This document shows, piece after piece, positions 1-8,067 of a stretch of DNA of 64,000 nucleotides; the first letter of the stretch is position 1; each line of letters opens with the position of its first letter. Location of the stretch: NCBI GenBank assembly GCA_902802115.1, contig CADCKW010000001.1, positions 72,409 through 136,408 on the forward strand. Direction: 5' to 3'. Position numbers and translations under genes: made by a program. The DNA comes from an uncultured Pseudomonadota bacterium. Its GTDB lineage: Bacteria; Pseudomonadota; Alphaproteobacteria; Rs-D84. Below the pieces are notes generated by a model. It did no database searches and was not told the origin of the DNA. It saw nothing but the letters and a program-made list of their open reading frames with translations.

Positions 1-1290
1 AATCTTGCCATTTTCCAAAACATTCGGCAACAGTTGCATCGAAAAACCTGTCTGCAAATCCGCCTGATCAACGGTACTGGATTCGACAGTTGTAAAGTTG
101 CGCGATTCGAAACGTTTAATATATCCGGTTGATGTCATGTTGCTGACCGGGGCAACACGATTATTACGCGTTGTCACACCAACATTTGTCACCAAAGATA
201 CCTTGCCCTGCTTTGCCAAAGCCTCAATCAATCCAGCACTGCCCGCGCCACGCGCCAACGAACCGTTCATAATTTGGTCATTGGTATATGCACCAGATAC
301 AACACTGCCATTTTCCATGTGTGTTGCACCGGTTGTCGCCGACAAAGTATTTGACAAAACCGCAATGTTCATCGAACTGGCACCAACCGCCGCCAAATTA
401 TTCTTTGGATTTGCAACAATATTCAACCCAGATGTCGAATTAATCGCCGCCGCCAGATTCAAACCAAATGCCGAATCGTTAGAAATCGAAACTTGCAACA
501 CTTTGACATCGATTGTCACCAATTGTGACAAACGTTTGTTTTGACGTTCGACATATTCACTGATACGCGACAACACAGACGGTGGCGCGGTCGCAGTGAT
601 GGTTCCCAAACTGCGCGATACTGTAAATCCAGAATTTTCTGTTTTACCAACAATCGCCGTCAAGGCCTTTTCAACCTCGTCCCACTCTTTCATTGTTGTT
701 TCCAAAACGACCTGGCCAGAATTATCCGATTGCACAGCCGTTTGATATGAAATATCTGTTCCCAATGCATATAATGTAAATGTGCGCGTTTCTGTTTCAT
801 AAAACACGATTGCGTTTTTATCATAATACCACAGTAAATCTAAATCTGTTGCGACCTGGGACAACAAACCCGACAATTTGCCAGTATATGCGACATTTAT
901 TGTCTTCTTTAATTTTTCACTGTTGATTTGTTTATCGATTTTAACCGGGATTCCCGTCACAGAATTGATATTATTTGCCAAAACCTGTAATGTCACAGGT
1001 TCGTCCAACAAAATTGTTATACCCGTATCGGTTTCAAATTGCGCCGGCAAGTTATTACGATGTTCCAAAGAAATTGATTTATTACCCAACCAAACACCTT
1101 CGGACATAGAAACCGTATCGCCACTGGCAACCTTGGCGCGTGGATTTTTTGCCATTTCAAATGCATCATACGCATTAACAAAATCTTGATCCACCGTCGC
1201 AGACACCTTGGCAGACTGTTCACGCGCACACGCGGCCAGCATCAGTCCCAAACATGCGAATACAAAAACTTTTTTTAACAATGCTCTCAT
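1..1290 (-). CDS. Lipoprotein secretin, PilN/TcpC-like (type IVb pilus outer-membrane secretin). The 3' part runs off the window start.
   Basis: The reverse-strand ATG at 1288-1290 gives MRALLKKVFVFACLGLMLAACAREQ, with an LAAC lipobox. I translated the frame open down to position 1. The C-terminal stretch (…KQGKVSLVTNVGVTTRNNRVAPV…FTTVESSTVDQADLQTGFSMQLLPNVLENGKI) has the pattern of a secretin domain. The listed + ORF 98..544 is its antisense shadow. Confidence 0.6.
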   Translation of the reverse strand, partial: MRALLKKVFVFACLGLMLAACAREQSAKVSATVDQDFVNAYDAFEMAKNPRAKVASGDTVSMSEGVWLGNKSISLEHRNNLPAQFETDTGITILLDEPVTLQVLANNINSVTGIPVKIDKQINSEKLKKTINVAYTGKLSGLLSQVATDLDLLWYYDKNAIVFYETETRTFTLYALGTDISYQTAVQSDNSGQVVLETTMKEWDEVEKALTAIVGKTENSGFTVSRSLGTITATAPPSVLSRISEYVERQNKRLSQLVTIDVKVLQVSISNDSAFGLNLAAAINSTSGLNIVANPKNNLAAVGASSMNIAVLSNTLSATTGATHMENGSVVSGAYTNDQIMNGSLARGAGSAGLIEALAKQGKVSLVTNVGVTTRNNRVAPVSNMTSTGYIKRFESRNFTTVESSTVDQADLQTGFSMQLLPNVLENGKI

Positions 1291-1334
1291 ATTTATACTC
1301 CCATAAAAACCAAGTGTGGCGAACACAGATTCAA

Positions 1335-2195
1335 CTATTCTTCATTTGTGGAAATTACCAAAACCAAATTACCCTTGTAAAATTTGGCGTATGGCACCGG
1401 TGTTGCGCGACCAAAATTACGCACCAGCGCAGATGCAACATCCATAAAACGTCCCTTGAATACCGCAGATGCCTCTATTGGATATTCGCGCGATGTACTC
1501 CACACCAAATCCCAGCCTTCTTTATCGCACCAATCTTGTAAAACCTCACGCAGTGTCTGGCCACTGGCAACCACCCAAGAACGCACCGCATCAGGTTGTG
1601 ATTTTGGTGCCTCGGCATCACTTTGCACGCCAATCTCGGTAATTTCGGCCTCGCTATCCATTTCATTAAATACCGCGTCCATTGCCTTGTTACGTTTTGT
1701 GCAATTTTTACGACCGCTACGCGAAACCGCCAAAACATTACCGCCGTCATCTTCCATTACATCACGACGCAATAATGGCATTTCTGCCCCATTTTCACAT
1801 TCATCATCAAATCCCATTGGGATATTATTTCCATGCAACATATTTGCACCACCGGTCCAACCAGTTCCATTAAAATCGAAACTGTTATCAACAACCATAT
1901 CATCACCAATTTTGGAAACAATACGAATATTATCACTGTTTTTTGCCCCTGGTGCATCATCGCAATTTACCGTCACATCGGCATCAGAACCCGCCAAAGG
2001 CCACGCAGGAACATTTTCATATGAATTCGCGACCGGCGCCACATTATCACGTTCGGTCTGTCGTGCAGAATTATCAGCAGCACGATATTCGTTTGTAAAA
2101 ACCTCAGACGTGGTGACCTGGGGTAAATATTCATCGGCAAAACAATAGCCCGCCGCAGTTGCAAACATTGCAAAAATCAAAAACTTACGAAACAT
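1335..2195 (-). CDS. PilL/TcpQ-like type IVb pilus biogenesis protein (secreted)
   Basis: 286-aa ORF with an N-terminal signal peptide (MFRKFLIFAMFATAAGYCFA|DEY). The C-terminus (WVVASGQTLREVLQDWCDKEGWDLVW…YPIEASAVFKGRFMDVASALVRNF…YKGNLVLVI) matches the TcpQ/PilL C-terminal domain pattern. It lies immediately upstream of the secretin gene, as in R64/ICE pilL-pilN. An AAGGA RBS sits 7 nt before the ATG. Confidence 0.55.
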   Translation of the reverse strand: MFRKFLIFAMFATAAGYCFADEYLPQVTTSEVFTNEYRAADNSARQTERDNVAPVANSYENVPAWPLAGSDADVTVNCDDAPGAKNSDNIRIVSKIGDDMVVDNSFDFNGTGWTGGANMLHGNNIPMGFDDECENGAEMPLLRRDVMEDDGGNVLAVSRSGRKNCTKRNKAMDAVFNEMDSEAEITEIGVQSDAEAPKSQPDAVRSWVVASGQTLREVLQDWCDKEGWDLVWSTSREYPIEASAVFKGRFMDVASALVRNFGRATPVPYAKFYKGNLVLVISTNEE

Positions 2196-2360
2196 TTAAA
2201 GGTCCTTTCTTTCAATCTAGATATTGTCATTATAACAACTTCACCGAATCTGTGCAAGACCAAAAAAGCCTAAAATTATGTTTTTATTCTATATATTATA
2301 TAAAAACACACGAATCGAAAAAAGTATGTTATACTTATGTTGTAATTTCAGGAGTTTGAT

Positions 2361-2903
2361 ATGCAAAATACAATAATTTTAACTTTATCCACATTAACAT
2401 TTATCGGGGTTATCGCGACATTTATAATAATGATGAAATTGAGTAATAAAATCAGTGATATTACCAACACTTTGACATATCAATATAATATGATTATGAA
2501 AATTCAATCAACATTGAAAAATAAAAACGCAACAAATGCGGTGGCTGAAAATGCCGAAATTATTTATTCAGATTTATTACAAAACTTAATTCCAATTATG
2601 GCGGCATTGGACACAATGCCACGCAACACAACCGAACACCCATTGTGGCGCGCACTGGGTGGCATTATGGACGAATACGCAAAAAATCCATTTGCATTGG
2701 AAAAATTGCGTCGTTGTATTAAACTGGACAGTAATATCGCCCACAATGTAAATAACTATATCGCACGCGCAAATAAATTATTGCAGTATTTAACAACCAC
2801 AGAACCCGATGGTATTTTATCATCAACATTTACAGACGGCCTGTTGGGACAATCATTAACATTTTTCGGTCAGGCCCAACAACTTGCAGAAAGCGGTGAT
2901 TAA
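2361..2903 (+). CDS. Hypothetical membrane-anchored protein
   Basis: 180-aa ORF. An AGGAG RBS (caggagtttgatATG) precedes it. It has an N-terminal TM helix. Its stop is adjacent to the sufB start. Confidence 0.5.
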   Translation: MQNTIILTLSTLTFIGVIATFIIMMKLSNKISDITNTLTYQYNMIMKIQSTLKNKNATNAVAENAEIIYSDLLQNLIPIMAALDTMPRNTTEHPLWRALGGIMDEYAKNPFALEKLRRCIKLDSNIAHNVNNYIARANKLLQYLTTTEPDGILSSTFTDGLLGQSLTFFGQAQQLAESGD

Positions 2904-2905
2904 AT

Positions 2906-4234
2906 TTGAAACTGGATACAAAACTTATTTGTGAAATATCTGCTTTACGTCATGAACCAAAATGGCTGACTGATTGGCGACTTGCTGCATTTGAAAATTG
3001 GAAAAAAATGATTGAGCCACATTGGGCCGAAATAAATTACAACCCAATCGATTATGATTCTTTTGATTATTACGCAACACAAAAACCCATAGATAATTCA
3101 GATTTGGCAGACACATATAAAAAAATGAACTTGCCAGATGCCGAACAGCGCGCCTTATTGGGTATGGCAACCGACACTGTTATCGACAGTCAATCTGTGC
3201 ATACATCTTTCAGCGACGAATTATCAAAACTGGGGATTATATTTTTACCTTTTTCCCAGGCTGTCATTCAATACCCAGATTTAGTAAAAAAATATTTAGG
3301 TTCTGTGGTTCCGTCAAACGATAACTTTTTTGCAGCACTAAATTCTGCTGTATTTTCAGACGGCACATTTGTTTATGTCCCACCACATACAAAATGCCCT
3401 ATTGATTTGGCCAGTTATTTTAGAATTGAAACCGCAAAAATTGGACAATTTGAACGCACACTGATTATCGCAGACCATGGCGCCGAACTCAGTTATATGG
3501 AAGGTTGCAGTGCCCCGCGTCGCCCAAACCATCAATTACACAGTGGGGTTGTTGAAATCGTTGTAATGGACGATGCACATGTCAAATACGCGACTGTCCA
3601 AAATTGGTATGCCGGAAAAACAGTTGGTAAAAAATCTGTGGGTGGAATTTTAAACTTTGTCACAAAACGCGGCAAATGCGAAAATAACGCAACACTTGAT
3701 TGGACCCAGGTCGAAATCGGTTCCAGTATGACATGGAAATACCCATCAACGATTTTATCCGGAAACAATGCGCATAGCGACTTTTACTCACTAACAATTA
3801 CACGCGGCGCACAACAATCTGATACAGGAACAAAAATGATTCATATTGGGAATAATTCTGTATCAAACATTGTGTCGTATGGTGTGGCATTGGATAATTC
3901 AAAGCAAACATTTCGCAGTCTGGTAAATTTCACAGGACAAAACTGCACAAATGCGTCCAAATGCGACACTACAATTATTGGTCCTGACGCAATCGCAAAC
4001 ACAATTCCAACAATTATTCATACCAACAACTTGAATCACCAATCGCACGAGGCAACAACCGGCACAATTGATGCCGCCACCCTGTTTTATCTGGAACAAT
4101 CAGGTCTGGACACCGATACCGCAATTGCACTGATTATCGGCGCAACTGCAAATCCTATTTTAAACAGATTACCGATGGAATTCTTGGTTGAATCCAAACA
4201 ACTGATACAAATGGCAATACACCAAGGGGAATAA
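2906..4234 (+). CDS. sufB: Fe-S cluster assembly protein SufB
   Basis: 442 aa with characteristic SufB/SufD-family motifs (…ADHGAELSYMEGCSAPRRP…VQNWYAGK…). It is followed directly by sufC. The start is a TTG at 2906, which is uncertain. Confidence 0.85.
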   Translation: MKLDTKLICEISALRHEPKWLTDWRLAAFENWKKMIEPHWAEINYNPIDYDSFDYYATQKPIDNSDLADTYKKMNLPDAEQRALLGMATDTVIDSQSVHTSFSDELSKLGIIFLPFSQAVIQYPDLVKKYLGSVVPSNDNFFAALNSAVFSDGTFVYVPPHTKCPIDLASYFRIETAKIGQFERTLIIADHGAELSYMEGCSAPRRPNHQLHSGVVEIVVMDDAHVKYATVQNWYAGKTVGKKSVGGILNFVTKRGKCENNATLDWTQVEIGSSMTWKYPSTILSGNNAHSDFYSLTITRGAQQSDTGTKMIHIGNNSVSNIVSYGVALDNSKQTFRSLVNFTGQNCTNASKCDTTIIGPDAIANTIPTIIHTNNLNHQSHEATTGTIDAATLFYLEQSGLDTDTAIALIIGATANPILNRLPMEFLVESKQLIQMAIHQGE

Positions 4235-4237
4235 AAA

Positions 4238-4912
4238 ATGCTGGAAATAAAAAATCTATCTGTATCATACGGCGACAAAGTTTTACTGGAAAATATCAAC
4301 ATGTCTGTTGAACATGGCGCACGCCATTTGTTAAGTGGCCATAACGGTTCTGGTAAATCTACATTGGTTCAAACAATCGCCGGGAATCCAGAATACACAA
4401 TTCAAAACGGACAAATTATTTTCAACAATATCGACATAACAAATGAAAATTCGACGCGGCGCGCATTATTAGGAATTTTTCTGGGCGCACAAAACGTCCC
4501 TGAAATTCCCGGGTTATCCGTTATGTCTTTTTTTAAACACACCGTTGCGGCCCATAAACATTTTAATACCGGTCAAGATTTATCCATGGGCGAATTTATG
4601 GAAATGATGGAAAATGCACGCAACAAATTAAACATTCCACGCGATTGGTTAAACCGCAGTATGAACGTTGGTTTTTCTGGTGGGGAACGAAAACGTTTAA
4701 TGTTATTAAGGCTGATTTTGACCAAACCAAAATTTGCAATATTGGACGAACCTGATTCTGGGGCTGATATGGAAACGCAACAACAAATTGCAAATACAAT
4801 TCATGATATGCCCAACACAACTTTCATGTTTATCAGTCACCAAGAAGCATTTACAAAATTGATTTCACCAACCGAAATAACAACATTGGAAAAAGGAAAA
4901 ATAAAACAATAA
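4238..4912 (+). CDS. sufC: Fe-S cluster assembly ATPase SufC
   Basis: 224-aa ABC ATPase (Walker A GHNGSGKST, signature FSGGERKR, Walker B ILDEPDSG). It is 3 nt after the sufB stop. Confidence 0.85.
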   Translation: MLEIKNLSVSYGDKVLLENINMSVEHGARHLLSGHNGSGKSTLVQTIAGNPEYTIQNGQIIFNNIDITNENSTRRALLGIFLGAQNVPEIPGLSVMSFFKHTVAAHKHFNTGQDLSMGEFMEMMENARNKLNIPRDWLNRSMNVGFSGGERKRLMLLRLILTKPKFAILDEPDSGADMETQQQIANTIHDMPNTTFMFISHQEAFTKLISPTEITTLEKGKIKQ

Positions 4913-4920
4913 AAAACGCG

Positions 4921-4955
4921 CCCTGTCCCACGAAGCCTTGGCGAAGTGGGATACG
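4921..4955. repeat. Short hairpin repeat, CCAC-gaag…cgaag-GTGG family, copy 1
   Basis: The sequence ctgtCCCACgaagccttggcgaagTGGGAtac lies 3' of sufC. It shares a motif with the copies at 6038-6070 and 6113-6175. Confidence 0.5.
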
Positions 4956-4988
4956 CATTAAAACCAATAAAAAAAGGAGGCAACCAAC

Positions 4989-6035
4989 ATGACAAACGGA
5001 ATAATTGTTTTCACCGGAATTGTGATATTATTATGGTTCGGTCGTTCCATACTGATACCATTATTGGTGGCAATATTTTTATGGTATTTGATAAATGCAA
5101 TTGCTGCATATTTTCGTAAAATTTTACCATTTAGTTATTGTGTAAAAAATTGTCCAACATTTTGGCCAGGATTTTTTAACATATTATCAATATTATTATC
5201 CGCAACCAGTTTATGTTGGCTGCTTTATGCATTTGCAACACAAATAAATCCAATGTTTTCAGAATTCGTCGCACGAATTCCTGAAATACAATCTAAATTA
5301 ATATCATTCAGCACATATCTGTTTCATCAACTGGGATTAACATTTGATATCAATATGTTCCCCAATTTGACAGACATTGTAAAAACCGTCGGTTCATCTG
5401 CGGCAAACATCGCGACATCATTTGGTATGATATTGATTTACATTTTGTTTTTATTTGTGGAACAAAGCACATTTCATAAAAAATTAAACAATCTATTTGA
5501 ATCAAAATCCAAAACAAACAAATTCAAATTTATTATCGACAGTTTTGATAAAAACATGAAAAAATATTTATTTGTAAAAACCATTATTGCCGCTGCGACC
5601 GGAATTGGCGCATATATATGGTTGCGAATAATAGGATTGGAATTTGCAGGTGTTTGGGCATTTTTAGTATTCATCATGAATTACATACCAACAATTGGTT
5701 CGATTGTGGCATGTGCCATGCCGATTCTATACGCACTGATTTCGGGAGATTCTGTAAATTTACCAATATTAACCGCTGGCGGATTAATTGCGTTGGAAAT
5801 ATTATTTGGCAATATTTTGGATCCAAAATTTATGGGAAAAACATTAAATTTATCCACATTGGCAATATTAATAAATCTGGTATTTTGGGGATTATTGTGG
5901 GGAATCGCGGGAATGTTTTTCAGCGTTCCTATTTTGGCGGCAATATTCATTATCACCGCACAGTTTGATTCAACCCGTTGGATTGCTGTATTGTTATCAA
6001 CAGACGGTCAAATTCCAGAAAAAACCGAAGATTAA
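4989..6035 (+). CDS. AI-2E family (PerM/YhhT-like, UPF0118) membrane transporter
   Basis: 348-aa polytopic membrane protein. Its length and hydropathy pattern fit the AI-2E family. An AAAGGAGG RBS lies upstream. Confidence 0.6.
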   Translation: MTNGIIVFTGIVILLWFGRSILIPLLVAIFLWYLINAIAAYFRKILPFSYCVKNCPTFWPGFFNILSILLSATSLCWLLYAFATQINPMFSEFVARIPEIQSKLISFSTYLFHQLGLTFDINMFPNLTDIVKTVGSSAANIATSFGMILIYILFLFVEQSTFHKKLNNLFESKSKTNKFKFIIDSFDKNMKKYLFVKTIIAAATGIGAYIWLRIIGLEFAGVWAFLVFIMNYIPTIGSIVACAMPILYALISGDSVNLPILTAGGLIALEILFGNILDPKFMGKTLNLSTLAILINLVFWGLLWGIAGMFFSVPILAAIFIITAQFDSTRWIAVLLSTDGQIPEKTED

Positions 6036-6037
6036 CC

Positions 6038-6070
6038 TGTTCCACGAAGTTTTAACGAAGTGGAAAAAAA
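6038..6070. repeat. Short hairpin repeat, CCAC-gaag…cgaag-GTGG family, copy 2
   Basis: The hairpin is tgTTCCACgaagttttaacgaaGTGGAAaaaaa, with a 6-bp stem and a loop gaagttttaacgaa. Confidence 0.5.
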
Positions 6071-6087
6071 TTCGTTCTATATGCATT

Positions 6088-6114
6088 AAATCCGCCATAT
6101 TGGCGGATTTTCAT
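6088..6114 (+). terminator. Putative rho-independent terminator after the AI-2E transporter gene
   Basis: The hairpin aaatccgccatattggcggattt is followed by a short T-run. Confidence 0.5.
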
Positions 6115-6175
6115 TGTCCCACGAAGCCCTTGTCACATGAAGTTTTAACGAAGTGTGATTGGCGAAGTGGGATTA
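6113..6175. repeat. Short hairpin repeat, CCAC-gaag…cgaag-GTGG family, copy 3 (nested)
   Basis: The outer hairpin tgTCCCACgaagcc…ggcgaagTGGGAtt contains an inner copy cacatgaagttttaacgaagtgtg. Confidence 0.5.
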
Positions 6176-6619
6176 TTGTCTGTTAATTATTGCAATTGCA
6201 TTTTCCAAAATTACACGCGCAGATTGCGAATCTAAATTTTGTTTTATATCCACACGACGCACCCGCCCCATAGATTCTTGGGCAGATGCCGACGACAAAG
6301 TTTCGTCCAACAAACAAATAGGAACATCAATTGTTTGTGACAAAGAATCTGCAAATGCACGCACCATTTTTGTTGTATCTGAATCTGTGCCATCAATACG
6401 CAACGGCAAACCAATAACAACACCGGTTGCATGTTCGGTATTTATAATCGAAGATATTTTTTGAACCAAATCGTCATTTCCAGCCGCCAAAACAACGGGT
6501 CGCACAAACACAAAATCGCGATTTTCATCACTGACCGCGACCCCTGTCCTACGTGCGCCCCAATCAACACCAACAATTCGTCCTTTTTTAGAAAAATCCT
6601 TGAAATCAGGCAAAATCAT
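6173..6619 (-). CDS. ruvX: Holliday-junction resolvase-like / pre-16S rRNA nuclease YqgF (RuvX)
   Basis: 148 aa. The N-terminus GRIVGVDWGARRTGVAVSD matches the YqgF family. Confidence 0.8.
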   Translation of the reverse strand: MILPDFKDFSKKGRIVGVDWGARRTGVAVSDENRDFVFVRPVVLAAGNDDLVQKISSIINTEHATGVVIGLPLRIDGTDSDTTKMVRAFADSLSQTIDVPICLLDETLSSASAQESMGRVRRVDIKQNLDSQSARVILENAIAIINRQ

Positions 6620-6656
6620 AGTATAATTCCTTTACTTTAACAATATAGGATTGAAA

Positions 6657-6953
6657 ATGGCATTTAGCAAGCAACAATTACAAAAATTCGCAGACTTGAT
6701 TAAAATTGAAATCACTGACGAAAAACTGGAACAAATGAACATCGACAGTGTTGTTGATTGGTTAAACAAATTACAAAAAATCGATACAACGGGCGTTAAA
6801 CCATTATTAAACCCCAGCGAACACGATTTACCAATGCGTGCCGATGTTGTGACCGAACCAAATATGCGCGATAAAATATTGGCAAATTCACCTGACAAGG
6901 CCGGCGTATCACGCGGATATTTTGCAGTACCAAAAGTCATGGACGCAGATTAA
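6657..6953 (+). CDS. gatC: Glutamyl-tRNA(Gln) amidotransferase subunit C
   Basis: About 98 aa with a GatC-like sequence (MAFSKQQLQKFADLIKIEITDEKLEQ…LPMRADVVTEP). An AGGA RBS is 8 nt before the ATG at 6657; the ORF track starts at 6651. Confidence 0.8.
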   Translation: MAFSKQQLQKFADLIKIEITDEKLEQMNIDSVVDWLNKLQKIDTTGVKPLLNPSEHDLPMRADVVTEPNMRDKILANSPDKAGVSRGYFAVPKVMDAD

Positions 6954-6965
6954 AAGGATATTAAA

Positions 6966-7340
6966 ATGGCAAAAAAGTCAAATGTACATTTAAAAACAGT
7001 TGAACACATCTATGGATTGTCTGGTGCGCAACCATGTGGCCATTTATCTGCTGATGAAATTAATGATTTAATTGAACAAATCAAAAATGCAAAAATTCCA
7101 TTTGAATCTTGCATAATATCAATGTCTGTCGATTTGTCACAATATTTCTGCAATATGAAAATATTCAAACTGGCATCCAAATCAGAACATTTAACAATCA
7201 ACCTTAACACATGCAAAAAATGTGGGATACATAAACAAATACATTGTCCAAAACAAATTGCATCAGGTAAATGCCAAGAAGAAATTGTAATAGATTTAAT
7301 TGGCAAAAAATTATTCGCTGATAAATATCAAGGAAAATAA
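6966..7340 (+). CDS. Cys-rich paralog A (domain X), unknown function
   Basis: 124 aa with an AAGGA RBS. The C-terminus CKKCGIHKQIHCPKQIASGKCQEEIVIDLIGKKLFADKYQGK is shared with gene B. Confidence 0.6.
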   Translation: MAKKSNVHLKTVEHIYGLSGAQPCGHLSADEINDLIEQIKNAKIPFESCIISMSVDLSQYFCNMKIFKLASKSEHLTINLNTCKKCGIHKQIHCPKQIASGKCQEEIVIDLIGKKLFADKYQGK

Positions 7341-7344
7341 GGTT

Positions 7345-7758
7345 ATGGCAACGAAAAAAGACAATGTTTTTTTAAAAATCAAAGATAGTAAAAATGGACC
7401 ACATTTTTACTCATGTGGTTACATGTCTACTGACACCATCAAAAAATTATATTCGGAACTCCGTTGCACACTTTCTTTACATGATGTAAAACAATTAAAC
7501 GGACATTGCGCACACATAGAATCTGCACAGATTACAACAACATCAATAGAGATAAAAACTTTCAAAGGCAATCGATCCAGGGTTTCTTACAAATTAGAAA
7601 TTGTTTTAAACAACCCTTGTCCACATGTTCCTTGTTGTGATGTTTTACATCCAAAATGGGATTGTTTAAATTGCATTGCAAAAGGGAAATGCCAAGATGA
7701 GATGATAATAAAGTTACTAGGTAAAAAATTATTTGCTGAAAAATATCAAGGAAAATAA
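7345..7758 (+). CDS. Cys-rich paralog B (domain X), unknown function
   Basis: 137 aa from the ATG at 7345; the ORF track gives a longer alternative start at 7300. The RBS aagga comes from the KYQGK codons of gene A. The C-terminus is CPHVPCCDVLHPKWDCLNCIAKGKCQDEMIIKLLGKKLFAEKYQGK. Confidence 0.6.
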   Translation: MATKKDNVFLKIKDSKNGPHFYSCGYMSTDTIKKLYSELRCTLSLHDVKQLNGHCAHIESAQITTTSIEIKTFKGNRSRVSYKLEIVLNNPCPHVPCCDVLHPKWDCLNCIAKGKCQDEMIIKLLGKKLFAEKYQGK

Positions 7759-7760
7759 AA

Positions 7761-8045
7761 ATGCAACACAGAATTACACAACAAGTAAAAATTTGTCCAT
7801 TGGATTCATTCTTGAATGTTCGTGAACACAATGGTCCCGATACCCCATACCAATTGGAAGTATATCATTCAGATAAAAGTCCAACCAAAAATATTGGTGC
7901 GATATCACATTATTCTGGAAAATATTCATATGCCATTGGAACACCTGTTGATGTAAAACCGCATGTCACAGTAAATATGGGCTGCTGGCTGACCAATGTA
8001 ATTATGAATGAATGTTTAAAAAATTACATCCGCGGACAATACTAA
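7761..8045 (+). CDS. Paralog C (domain Y), unknown function
   Basis: 94 aa. It is homologous to the C-terminal half of D (PLD…Y.E.Y..DKSP…SY.IG..V.V). Its RBS is supplied by gene B's terminal codons. Confidence 0.55.
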   Translation: MQHRITQQVKICPLDSFLNVREHNGPDTPYQLEVYHSDKSPTKNIGAISHYSGKYSYAIGTPVDVKPHVTVNMGCWLTNVIMNECLKNYIRGQY

Positions 8046-8067
8046 GAAAAAAATAGGAATCAAAAAA

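Noticed and set aside
98-544. A 148-aa + strand ORF at the window start.
   Set aside because: It is the antisense shadow of the long minus-strand secretin-like gene (1..1290). That gene has a lipoprotein signal peptide and a start at 1290, and its frame is open across the whole interval.
1384-2148. A 254-aa + strand ORF.
   Set aside because: It lies entirely inside, and antisense to, the PilL/TcpQ-like gene. It has no RBS and a low-complexity Ser-rich translation, so it is a shadow ORF.
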